From the NCBI GenBank assembly GCA_021818945.1, contig JAKASV010000002.1, forward strand, positions 721-64,720: 64,000 bases of DNA, given 5' to 3'. Position numbers and translations under genes: made by a program. A model generated the notes under the pieces. It did no database searches. It saw only the letters and a list, made by a program, of their open reading frames with translations, and was not told the origin of the DNA. This stretch comes from a bacterium (GTDB lineage Bacteria > Babelota > Babeliae > Babelales > Vermiphilaceae). Each line of letters begins with the position of its first letter. Position 1 is the first letter of the stretch. Below are positions 25,693-33,967 of this stretch, piece by piece.

Positions 25693-26763
25693 ATGATGAT
25701 AATAAAAGCGCCAAAACTCTATTTTTTACTTGATTCAGCAATTGATTTGGGATCGCGAATCAGTGATCAAGTAGTTGATCTTGTAGCAACTGGAAAATCT
25801 GGATCGTATATTGTTGATGCTACACCTGAATTGATACACAATAATCTAGCTCAAGCCGCCACATTCCTTGCAGCAAAAGCAACAATGATAGATGCTGAGG
25901 GTGGCAATAGTACATTGGCACAAGAATTGTTGCTGCATGCTCAATATGCTGCCGATTGCTTTAAAACCTTCCATACATGCATGTCAAAAAAAGCAGAAGA
26001 AAAATTAAGTGGTATCGCTAAACATAGTCCATTTTTGCAAATTTTACAAAATTTACGTGATGGTCATACAACAAAAAAAGAAAAAAATGCTGACATTACT
26101 GATACTAAATATAGTGGCATTGTACAAGAATGGTGTGCTTATATAGGGTGTAAATCTGGCGATCTAGCTTTTGACATATTAACTGTCATACTGTTACACA
26201 AGGCCGGCACTGGCACCTCGGGAACAACTCCACCTGCTGCAGCAACTGCAACTGGTGGCGCCGGTACTTCGATGGCTGTTGCAACATTAATTGCCGATGG
26301 AGCTATTGTCATTGTAGATAGCGTTAAAGTTGGTATGGCAATGGCATCTGGGCCAAAGGATGCAGATAAGACTGGCGCAAGCGCAGCAAGCTCAGGGCCT
26401 GACGGGGATGCCGGTACAAGCACTTCAGCAGGTAGCGACAAGGATTCAAGCAAGAGTCATCCTGTAGCAAATAATATGAAAGAGGTTTTTGAAAAAACAC
26501 CTTTCGGAAAAAAATTAAAATCTGTGGTACAATCAACTGGTAAATTTAGCACCAAAAATGAACTCATTTATAAAGTAACAGCAGACTTTGGTCATTCAGA
26601 TATCAAAAAAGGCGACTATATCCATTTTGATAAGCTCCACAAATGTGAATTAGAGGTTTATGATAAAACTGGACAATCGAAGGCCGTAGTATGGTTGGAT
26701 GGTATAGTTAACCAACAAAAAACAGATAAGGTATTAGACGGTAAAAGAACTATCAAAGTCTAA
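25693..26763 (+). CDS. orphan toxin module C1 (long conserved 5' part plus tip C, in frame)
   Basis: Positions 25765..26367 align without indels to 18777..19379 of the main gene, and I count five aa differences by eye. A divergent tip then follows: MKEVFEKTPFGKKLK..DYIHFDKLHKCELEVYDKTG..RTIKV. Confidence 0.75.
   Translation: MMIIKAPKLYFLLDSAIDLGSRISDQVVDLVATGKSGSYIVDATPELIHNNLAQAATFLAAKATMIDAEGGNSTLAQELLLHAQYAADCFKTFHTCMSKKAEEKLSGIAKHSPFLQILQNLRDGHTTKKEKNADITDTKYSGIVQEWCAYIGCKSGDLAFDILTVILLHKAGTGTSGTTPPAAATATGGAGTSMAVATLIADGAIVIVDSVKVGMAMASGPKDADKTGASAASSGPDGDAGTSTSAGSDKDSSKSHPVANNMKEVFEKTPFGKKLKSVVQSTGKFSTKNELIYKVTADFGHSDIKKGDYIHFDKLHKCELEVYDKTGQSKAVVWLDGIVNQQKTDKVLDGKRTIKV
25765..26367 (+). 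repeat. conserved pre-toxin segment, copy d (603-bp long form)
   Basis: See 25693..26763. The offset to the main gene is a constant 6988 nt across the whole block. Confidence 0.9.
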
Positions 26764-26772
26764 AACAAGGCA

Positions 26773-27441
26773 ATGAACGTGGATGCAATAAGCAGGGTAA
26801 TTAAATTAGTACAATATCTTGATAAAGAATCGGGCCTGATTCTCGACAAACCATTACTTGCAGCCCTTGAAATTATGCCTCAATGTATCAATAATTACGA
26901 AACTAATATGAGTAAAGCATTAGATGAATTGCAAATAGTTGACAAAGAAGATTTTGCTAGAATAGATGAACTTTTCTTTGATATAAAAATTGAATTGTCT
27001 CTTTATGCATCAGATATGCAAAAATTAAAATATTTCTGGCGAAAATTATTTAATGCTAGGTTTAATAACCAGTCTAAATATAAAAAAAGAGAGACTGGAC
27101 AAACCGATGAATTTGAGAGACACGATTTTATTGACATTATTTTTAAACGAATCACTGCTACAATAGATACTTTTAACGTTGTGGATTCTGAACATATTTT
27201 TCGTAAAAAAGATTTACGGACTTTGCAGGAGAATTCTGATGAAATATGTCAAGCTCTTAATAATTTGGATAATTTAATAAATGAACGTTTCATATCTAAA
27301 AATTGTTGTGAAGATATTGAGGATCTCATAGATGCAATGATCATGATAAGTTACGATATAAATAACGTAACCTATGCAATTGATTTTTTGCTAAACATTC
27401 TGACAAAGATTGTAGATTTTTATAATAGAAAAGCCTACTAA
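26773..27441 (+). CDS. candidate immunity protein ImmC1 (222 aa)
   Basis: It starts 10 nt after tip C1. It belongs to a four-member paralog set (26773, 28018, 30033, 31275). Confidence 0.55.
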   Translation: MNVDAISRVIKLVQYLDKESGLILDKPLLAALEIMPQCINNYETNMSKALDELQIVDKEDFARIDELFFDIKIELSLYASDMQKLKYFWRKLFNARFNNQSKYKKRETGQTDEFERHDFIDIIFKRITATIDTFNVVDSEHIFRKKDLRTLQENSDEICQALNNLDNLINERFISKNCCEDIEDLIDAMIMISYDINNVTYAIDFLLNILTKIVDFYNRKAY

Positions 27442-27465
27442 ATATAAAGCATTATTCCTGGCAAT

Positions 27466-27613
27466 CGGGAACAACTCCACCTGCTGCAGCAACTGCAACT
27501 GGTGGCGCCGGTACTGCGATGGCTGTTGCAACCTCTATTGCCGATGGAGCTATGGTCATTGTAGATAGCGTTAAAGTTGGTATGGCAATGGCATCTGGGC
27601 CAAAGGATTGCAG
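27466..27613 (+). repeat. conserved pre-toxin segment, copy e (+T lesion)
   Basis: Same core; reads ..GPKDCR* with an extra T at about 27609. Confidence 0.9.
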
Positions 27614-27723
27614 ATAAGACTGACACAAGCTGAGCAAGCTCAGGGCCTGACGGGGATGCGGGTACAAGCGCTTCGGCAGGCAGCGACAAGAATTCAAGCA
27701 AGAGTCATCCTGTAGCAAATAAT

Positions 27724-28008
27724 ATGAAAGAGGTTTTTGAAAAAACACCTTTCGGAAAAAAATTAAAATCTGTGGTACAATCAACTGGTAAATTTAGCCT
27801 CAAAAATGAACTCATTTATAAAGTAACAGCAGACTTTGGTCATTCAGATATCAAAAAAGGCGACTATATCCATTTTGATAAGCTCCACAAATGTGAATTA
27901 GAGGTTTATGATAAAACTGGACAATCGAAGTCCGTAGTATGGTTGGATGGTATAGTTAACCAACAAAAAACAGATAAGCTAGACCCTAAAAGAACTATCA
28001 AAGTCTAA
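27724..28008 (+). CDS. orphan toxin tip C2
   Basis: 94 aa and near-identical to tip C1 except for the C-terminal tail (..KTDKLDPKRTIKV). Confidence 0.6.
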   Translation: MKEVFEKTPFGKKLKSVVQSTGKFSLKNELIYKVTADFGHSDIKKGDYIHFDKLHKCELEVYDKTGQSKSVVWLDGIVNQQKTDKLDPKRTIKV

Positions 28009-28017
28009 AACAAGGCA

Positions 28018-28686
28018 ATGAACATGGCTGCAATAAGCAGGATAATTAAATTAGCACAATATCTAGATAAAGAAGCAGGGCAGGTTCTCGATAAATCATT
28101 GCTTGCAGCCCTTGAAATTATGCCTCAATGTATCAATAATTACGAAACTAATATGAGTAAAGCGTTAGATGAATTGCAAATAGTTGATAAAAAAGATTTT
28201 GCTAGAATAGTTGAGTTGTTCTTTAATATAAAGATTGAGCTATCTCTTTATGAATTAGATATGAAAAAATTGAGTTATTCATGGCTGAGATTATTAAAAG
28301 ATGATTTTACTGAAAATCGTATTAGCAGGCAAAAGGAGATTGTAGGAGTCAATAATTGTGGCACAGATAATCACATAGATATTCTTTTTCAACGTATTGG
28401 CGATGCAATAATCGTATTTAACATTGTTAATTCAGAACATATTTTTCATAAAAAAGACTTAAAAGCTTTGCAGGATAATTCTGATGAAATGTGTCAAGCC
28501 CTTAATAATTTGAATAATTTTATTAATGAATATTTCATATCAAAAAATGATTGTGAATACCTTGACGACCCGATAAGTCCAATGCGTTGGATAAGTTACG
28601 ATATAAATAACGTAACCTATGCAATTGATTTTTTGCTAAACATTCTGACAAAGATTGTAGATTTTTATAATAGAAAAGCCTGCTAA
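28018..28686 (+). CDS. candidate immunity protein ImmC2
   Basis: Paralog of ImmC1 with conserved ends and a divergent middle. Confidence 0.55.
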   Translation: MNMAAISRIIKLAQYLDKEAGQVLDKSLLAALEIMPQCINNYETNMSKALDELQIVDKKDFARIVELFFNIKIELSLYELDMKKLSYSWLRLLKDDFTENRISRQKEIVGVNNCGTDNHIDILFQRIGDAIIVFNIVNSEHIFHKKDLKALQDNSDEMCQALNNLNNFINEYFISKNDCEYLDDPISPMRWISYDINNVTYAIDFLLNILTKIVDFYNRKAC

Positions 28687-28697
28687 TTCAGTCGCTG

Positions 28698-28810
28698 ATG
28701 GCGCCGGTACTTCGATGGCTGTTGCAACATCAATTGCCGATGGAGCTATTGTCATTGTAGATAGCGTTAAAGTTGGTATGGCAATGGCATCTGGGCCAAA
28801 GGATGCAGAC
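28698..28810 (+). repeat. conserved pre-toxin segment, copy f (short, in frame)
   Basis: GAGTSMAVATSIADGAIVIVDSVKVGMAMASGPKDAD. Confidence 0.9.
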
Positions 28811-29200
28811 GGGGCTGTTACGAGCGCAGCAGGCTCAGGTTCTGCTGGAGATGCCGGTACAAGTTCGGACCAAGTTCACGAGCCACATTTAGTAAAATGG
28901 ACAAATCACGGCTTTAAACATTTTCCACCTAAAAGTGCAGCTTGGAAAGACATAGTTTCATCGACAAAGGGAGGCCCTGCAAAATATCATCCAACAGTAG
29001 CTATAGAAAAAATCGAGAGATTAGTCTGGGAAAAAGGTAAACTGTGCACTAATGGAAAACCATGGAAAGTAATGAAATTTACAAATATCATAGGTGCAAA
29101 AAATGGTTTAGAAACCACTTGCATTAGAGTTGAATGCAGCGGCAAGACGATACATGGTCATCCGATTACTTTTGACGAATATTTAAAACTCATAAATTAA
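28715..29200 (+). CDS. orphan toxin module D (unassigned His-rich tip)
   Basis: After GPKDAD comes GAVTSAAGSGSAGDAGTSSDQVHEPHLVKWTNHGFKHFPPK..IRVECSGKTIHGHPITFDEY. The ORF-track Met is the conserved internal Met of the repeat. Confidence 0.6.
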   Translation: MAVATSIADGAIVIVDSVKVGMAMASGPKDADGAVTSAAGSGSAGDAGTSSDQVHEPHLVKWTNHGFKHFPPKSAAWKDIVSSTKGGPAKYHPTVAIEKIERLVWEKGKLCTNGKPWKVMKFTNIIGAKNGLETTCIRVECSGKTIHGHPITFDEYLKLIN

Positions 29201-29207
29201 GGAAAAC

Positions 29208-29522
29208 ATGAATTTAAAGTTATTTTTGTCTAATTTATTTGATGGGCAAATTTTATATGATGAATTAGGCTTACTTGAAGAACTAGTTATTCCCGGCGAT
29301 CAATTACACTTGTTAAAGGAAGATTTATTACAAGTTGAAAGTCTTGACGGTGAATACCTATTAGATGTCGGATGGTACCCAGAGTTTAACGCCACGGGTC
29401 AATTCATAATCATGATCATAAAAAAATGTAATTGGGAAAATCCGATTTTAATACGAAAAACTTCCGATATTCAATCATTAAAACAAATATTAATAACATG
29501 CAAATCAATATCCAATTTTTAA
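29208..29522 (+). CDS. candidate immunity protein for tip D (104 aa)
   Basis: It starts 8 nt after tip D and is a small acidic cytoplasmic protein (..LLDVGWYPEFNATGQFIIMII..). Confidence 0.5.
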   Translation: MNLKLFLSNLFDGQILYDELGLLEELVIPGDQLHLLKEDLLQVESLDGEYLLDVGWYPEFNATGQFIIMIIKKCNWENPILIRKTSDIQSLKQILITCKSISNF

Positions 29523-29557
29523 GGGTTAAAAAAAAGAAGCTAGAAACATCTATCATC

Positions 29558-29630
29558 GATGGAGCTATTGTCGTTGTAGATAGTGTTAAAGTTGGTAGGG
29601 CAATGGCGGCTGGGACAAAGGATTGCAGAT
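29558..29630 (+). repeat. conserved pre-toxin segment, copy g (shortest and most diverged, +T lesion)
   Basis: DGAIVVVDSVKVGRAMAAGTKDCR*. Confidence 0.8.
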
Positions 29631-30023
29631 AAGACTGGCGCAAGCGCAGCAGGCTCAGGTACCGACGGGGATGCCGGTACAAGCGCTTCAGCAGGCAGCG
29701 ACAAGGATTCAAGCAAGGGTCATCCTGTAGCAAATAATATGAAAGAGGTTTTTGAAAAAACACCTTTCGGAAAAAAATTAAAATCTGTGGTACAATCAAC
29801 TGGTAAATTTAGCCTCAAAAATGAACTCATTTATAAAGTAACAGCAGACTTTGGTCATTCAGATATCAAAAAAGGCGACTATATCCATTTTGATAAGCTC
29901 CACAAATGTGAATTAGAGGTTTATGATAAAACTGGAAAATCGAAGTCCGTAGTATGGTTGGATGGTATAGTAAACCAACAAAAAAAGTCAAAAATTGGTA
30001 AAACAAGAACTATCAAAGTCTAA
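29583..30023 (+). CDS. orphan toxin tip C3 (toxin domain from ATG 29739)
   Basis: ..ADKTGASAAGSGTDGDAGTSASAGSDKDSSKGHPVANNMKEVFEK..ELEVYDKTGKSKSVVWLDG..KTRTIKV. Confidence 0.6.
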   Translation: MLKLVGQWRLGQRIADKTGASAAGSGTDGDAGTSASAGSDKDSSKGHPVANNMKEVFEKTPFGKKLKSVVQSTGKFSLKNELIYKVTADFGHSDIKKGDYIHFDKLHKCELEVYDKTGKSKSVVWLDGIVNQQKKSKIGKTRTIKV

Positions 30024-30032
30024 AACAAGGCA

Positions 30033-30701
30033 ATGAACATGGCTGTAATAAGCAGGATAATTAAATTAGCACAATATCTAGATAAAGAAGCAGGGCAGAT
30101 TCTCGATAAATCATTGCTTGCAGCCCTTGAAATTATGCCTCAATGTATCAATAATTACGAAACTAATACGATCAAAGCATTAGATGCATTGCAAATAGTT
30201 GATAAAAAAGATTTTTCTAGAATAGTTGAGTTGTTCTTTAATATAAAGATTGAGCTATCTCTTTATGAATTAGATATGAAAAAATTGAGTTATTCATGGT
30301 TGAGATTATTAAAAGATGATTTTACTGAAAATCGTATTAGCAGGCAAAAGGAGATTGTAGGAGTCAATAATTGTGGCACAGATAATCACATAGATATTCT
30401 TTTTCAACGTATTGGCGATGCAATAATCGTATTTAACATTGTTAATTCAGAACATATTTTTCATAAAAAAGACTTAAAAGCTTTGCAGGAGAATTCTGAT
30501 GAAATGTGTCAAGCCCTTAATAATTTGAATAATTTTATTAATGAATATTTCATATCAAAAAATGGTTGTGAATATCTTGACGACCCGATAAGGCCAATGT
30601 TTTGGATAAGTTACGATATCGACAATGTAGCCTATGCAATTGACTTTTTGCTAAACATTCTGACAAAGATTGTAGATTATTACAGTCGAGAAGCCTACTA
30701 A
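30033..30701 (+). CDS. candidate immunity protein ImmC3
   Basis: Nearly identical to ImmC2. Confidence 0.55.
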   Translation: MNMAVISRIIKLAQYLDKEAGQILDKSLLAALEIMPQCINNYETNTIKALDALQIVDKKDFSRIVELFFNIKIELSLYELDMKKLSYSWLRLLKDDFTENRISRQKEIVGVNNCGTDNHIDILFQRIGDAIIVFNIVNSEHIFHKKDLKALQENSDEMCQALNNLNNFINEYFISKNGCEYLDDPIRPMFWISYDIDNVAYAIDFLLNILTKIVDYYSREAY

Positions 30702-30726
30702 ATATAAAGCATTATTCCTGGCAATT

Positions 30727-30865
30727 GGAAACAACTCCGCTACTGTAGCTGATGGCGCCGGTACTTCGATGGCTGTTGCAACATCAATTGCCGATGGAGC
30801 TATGGTCATTGTAGATAGCGTTAAAGTTGGTATGGCAATGGCATCTGGGCCAAAGGATTGCAGAT
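30727..30865 (+). repeat. conserved pre-toxin segment, copy h (+T lesion)
   Basis: Same core with an extra T at about 30859. Confidence 0.9.
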
Positions 30866-30970
30866 AAGACTGGCGCAAGCGCAGCAGGCTCAGGTACCGA
30901 CGGGGATGCCGGTACAAGCGCTTCAGCAGGCAGCGACAAGGATTCAAGCAAGGGTCATCCTGTAGCAAAT

Positions 30971-31265
30971 AATATGAAAGAGGTTTTTGAAAAAACACCT
31001 TTCGGAAAAAAATTAAAATCTGTGGTACAATCAACTGGTAAATTCAGCCCAAAAGGGGAACTAATTTATAATTTATAAAGTAACAGCCGACTTTGGGCAT
31101 GCAAAGATTAAAAAAGATGACTATATTCATTTTGATAAATATCACAAATGGGAACTAGAGGTTTATGATAATACTGGAAAATCGAAGACAGTGGTATGGT
31201 TAGATGGCATAGTTAACCAATAAAAAACAGCTCTGAAAGCAGGTAAAAGAACTATCAAAGTCTAA
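30971..31265 (+). pseudogene. degraded toxin tip C4
   Basis: A 7-nt tandem duplication atttata/atttata at 31064-31077 shifts the frame. A CAA>TAA nonsense lies at 31221-31223 relative to C1-C3. Confidence 0.8.
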
Positions 31266-31274
31266 AACAAGGCA

Positions 31275-31967
31275 ATGAACATGGCTGCAATAAACAAGCT
31301 AATTAAATTAGCACAATATCTAGATAAAGAAGCAGGGCAGATTCTCGATAAATCATTGTTTGCATCCCTTGAAATTATGCCCCAATGTATCAATAATTAC
31401 GAAACTAATATTAGTAAAGCGTTAGATGAATTGCAAACAGTTGATAGAAAAGATTTTGCAAGAATAGATGAGTTGTTCTTTGATGTAAAGATTGAATTGT
31501 CTCTTTATGGATTAGATATACAAAAATTGAGTTATTCGTGGCTTAGATTATTAAAAAACAAATACTTTATAGAAAATCCTATTAACAGACAGATGAAAAC
31601 TGTAGGAAGTCATACGTGTGACACAGAAAATCACATAGATATTCTTTTTAAACGTATTTGCAATACTATAAATACATTTGACATTGTAGATCCTGAACAT
31701 GTTTTTAATAAAAGATACTTAAAAACACTAAAGGAGGATGTTAAAGAATTGTCGAAAAATTCTGATGAAATGTGTCAAGCTCTTAATAATTTGGATAATT
31801 TAATAAATGAACGTTTCATATCTAAAAATTGTTGTGAAGATATTGAGGAACTCATAGATGCAATGCTCATGATAAGTTACGATATACATAATGCAACCTA
31901 TGCAATTGACTTTTTGCTCAATATTTTGACAAATATTGTAGATTTTTATAGTAGAAAAGCCTACTAA
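31275..31967 (+). CDS. candidate immunity protein ImmC4 (230 aa, mosaic)
   Basis: The N-terminus and middle resemble ImmC2/3. The C-terminal third (NLDNLINERFISKNCCEDIEELIDAM..) resembles ImmC1. Confidence 0.55.
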   Translation: MNMAAINKLIKLAQYLDKEAGQILDKSLFASLEIMPQCINNYETNISKALDELQTVDRKDFARIDELFFDVKIELSLYGLDIQKLSYSWLRLLKNKYFIENPINRQMKTVGSHTCDTENHIDILFKRICNTINTFDIVDPEHVFNKRYLKTLKEDVKELSKNSDEMCQALNNLDNLINERFISKNCCEDIEELIDAMLMISYDIHNATYAIDFLLNILTNIVDFYSRKAY

Positions 31968-31979
31968 TTCAGTCGCTGA

Positions 31980-32082
31980 TGGCGCCAGCACTTCGATGGC
32001 TGTTGCAACCTCTATTGCCGATGGAGCTATTGTCATTGTAGATAGCATTAAAGTTGGTATGGCAATGGCATCTGGACCAAAG
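31980..32082 (+). repeat. conserved pre-toxin segment, copy i (terminal remnant with no tip)
   Basis: GASTSMAVATSIADGAIVIVDSIKVGMAMASGPK, then unrelated sequence and a stop. Confidence 0.85.
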
Positions 32083-32216
32083 GTCCTCGTTCCACAGATT
32101 AAAAGACAGCTACCATAGCCCCCCTCCTGGCTTTGGCACTCATAATGTGATTAAAAACCAACCAGATCAAAAAAATGGTCAAATAACGGTATAATTAAAT
32201 TAAATTAATAATTTTA

Positions 32217-32245
32217 TTGACTTAAAGAGATAAACACTATATAAT
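32217..32245 (+). promoter_or_regulatory. sigma70-like promoter candidate
   Basis: TTGACT, 17 nt, TATAAT, about 145 nt upstream of 32390. Such matches occur by chance in AT-rich DNA. Confidence 0.35.
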
Positions 32246-32389
32246 TTATACTAGAATTATTATTTATTATTTTTGTGTTTATTAAATGGAGGATACAGAA
32301 AGCTGTAAACCATAATTTAAAAAAGTATAAATTAAAGTATAAATTAATCCATGTTTTATAATTATTAGATAACCTTTTAAAGGAAAAAA

Positions 32390-33856
32390 ATGAATAAAAT
32401 CTTATTAATGAGCCTTTTAACAACCCTCTGCATTGGATGCCCTATGCAGATTATGTCTAGTGAACAGCCAAAGAAGGAACAACAACAGTTGCGGCAATTA
32501 GCTATGGAACGTATGGAACGTGACCGACAGAAAGAACAATTAAAACCTGAATTAGAGCTAGCAATTCAATCAAAAAATATTAAATGGATCAAAGAAAAAA
32601 GGTCATCACTGATCTCTTTAAGAATTATTACATCAGAAGAATTTGATAAAACAATCAGACAGTTAACAGATGAAATCCAAAGACAAGAACAGCCAGTTCC
32701 TTCAACTATAGCTCCAAGTCAAGGATTTTCCGACGACGAAGAATTACAAGAAGTAAGACAATTATCCAAACTCAGATACAAAGCAGCTTTATCGAAAGAC
32801 TTTCAGCGGGCATCTGAAACAGGAGATATCGAGTGGCTAAAGCAAAATAAAACAGCGGTGGCACAACAAGGCATTGAACTATTAGAAGTAATCAATGGGC
32901 TAATCGAAGCCTTCGAAGAGCCATTAAAAGCACAAGCAGAGAAAGCACAAATTATAGCAAGAGAACGAGAAGAAGCAGCACAATTCAAAAGGGAACGAGA
33001 ACGAAAAGAGCATCAAGCATGCATCGCTTATATGAAAAGCACCAAATCTATACAAGGTATGGTGGAAAGACTTGCTAAGTTGTATAACAGTTTAGTTGGC
33101 AAAGATAGCAATTTTGATCAACTTCAAAAAGTTACTAAAATCCAAAATTTAGGAGAATTATTCGCCCAACTCAAAGAACTGACCAAAAATCCTAGTATAA
33201 TTGCTGCCATCGGTGAAGAAATTCAATTGCTTGCCAGTTATATGCAATTTGGCGTTTGGTCAAGTTTGCAGGATCTTGATAAAAAACCTCATCAAGCATT
33301 TGAAGCATTTCAAGAAGCTGCCGGCAAACGTGATTTTACCGCCATGATCAATCTTTATCGTAATTTTCTTCAACAAAACGAGTCACTTAGAAAAGAAGTT
33401 CTTAGTATAGTTTTTGACATATTAATGAATGCTACAGACAAGAATGACTTACAAGCATTGATCGATTCATACCTCTATTTCTTCAAGGGAAGCGAACAGC
33501 AAGAGACAGCTTTGATGTTCTTGAATGAATATGCTCAAAAGCTACTAGCACATAGAGATCTAGAAAATCTTAAAAAACTTCTCGTGGTTTTTGAAAACAC
33601 AGAGTATGAAAGAGACATTAACGATGCAGCTGTCTCATTAACATTAGAAATCGGTCAACAACTACCTGAAGCTGCTCCAGCGACCACAGGCAGCCAATTG
33701 CCAAGACAAGTTTTATATGATGAATGGATGGGTGCACGTTCACAACTTAATTTAGAACGTCTTTTTGAATTACGTGATGAAGTAGTGAGGCAAGGCATTG
33801 AAACTGCAGATATGGCTGACGCAATCATTCATTCAGTTGCACAAACACTAGAATAA
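32390..33856 (+). CDS. hypothetical secreted/lipoprotein-like coiled-coil protein
   Basis: AAAGGA RBS and the N-terminus MNKILLMSLLTTLCIGC. It is rich in E/K/Q heptad-like sequence. Confidence 0.5.
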   Translation: MNKILLMSLLTTLCIGCPMQIMSSEQPKKEQQQLRQLAMERMERDRQKEQLKPELELAIQSKNIKWIKEKRSSLISLRIITSEEFDKTIRQLTDEIQRQEQPVPSTIAPSQGFSDDEELQEVRQLSKLRYKAALSKDFQRASETGDIEWLKQNKTAVAQQGIELLEVINGLIEAFEEPLKAQAEKAQIIAREREEAAQFKRERERKEHQACIAYMKSTKSIQGMVERLAKLYNSLVGKDSNFDQLQKVTKIQNLGELFAQLKELTKNPSIIAAIGEEIQLLASYMQFGVWSSLQDLDKKPHQAFEAFQEAAGKRDFTAMINLYRNFLQQNESLRKEVLSIVFDILMNATDKNDLQALIDSYLYFFKGSEQQETALMFLNEYAQKLLAHRDLENLKKLLVVFENTEYERDINDAAVSLTLEIGQQLPEAAPATTGSQLPRQVLYDEWMGARSQLNLERLFELRDEVVRQGIETADMADAIIHSVAQTLE

Positions 33857-33882
33857 GGGCTTTCTTTTAGAAAAACATTAAA

Positions 33883-33920
33883 ATCAGGAGGGAGGTAATT
33901 GCGCTTTCTTCCTGATTTTT
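33883..33920 (+). terminator. possible intrinsic terminator
   Basis: atcagga ... tcctgat stem followed by TTTT. The loop is long (about 20 nt), so this is weak. Confidence 0.3.
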
Positions 33921-33967
33921 CTATACTATAGTGTAAAGCATTATGTTTTTTAAACGAGGAAATAGCC

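Noticed and set aside
20231-31034. Long minus-strand ORFs (20231-20560, 24305-24619, 24453-24647, 26139-26453, 26324-26536, 27438-27701, 27452-27784, 29416-29799, 30651-31034) that recur in every cassette.
   Set aside because: They are antisense shadows of the conserved plus-strand repeat, whose GC-rich Ala/Gly/Thr codons leave the opposite strand open. They recur only because the repeat recurs. They have no RBS, and their ends track the repeat boundaries.
16926-32095. Whether the regularly spaced repeats could be a CRISPR-like or other non-coding array.
   Set aside because: The repeats are 73-603 bp, protein-coding and in a fixed reading frame. The 0.8-3.8 kb intervals between them are filled with ORFs. 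There are no short palindromic repeats and no cas genes.
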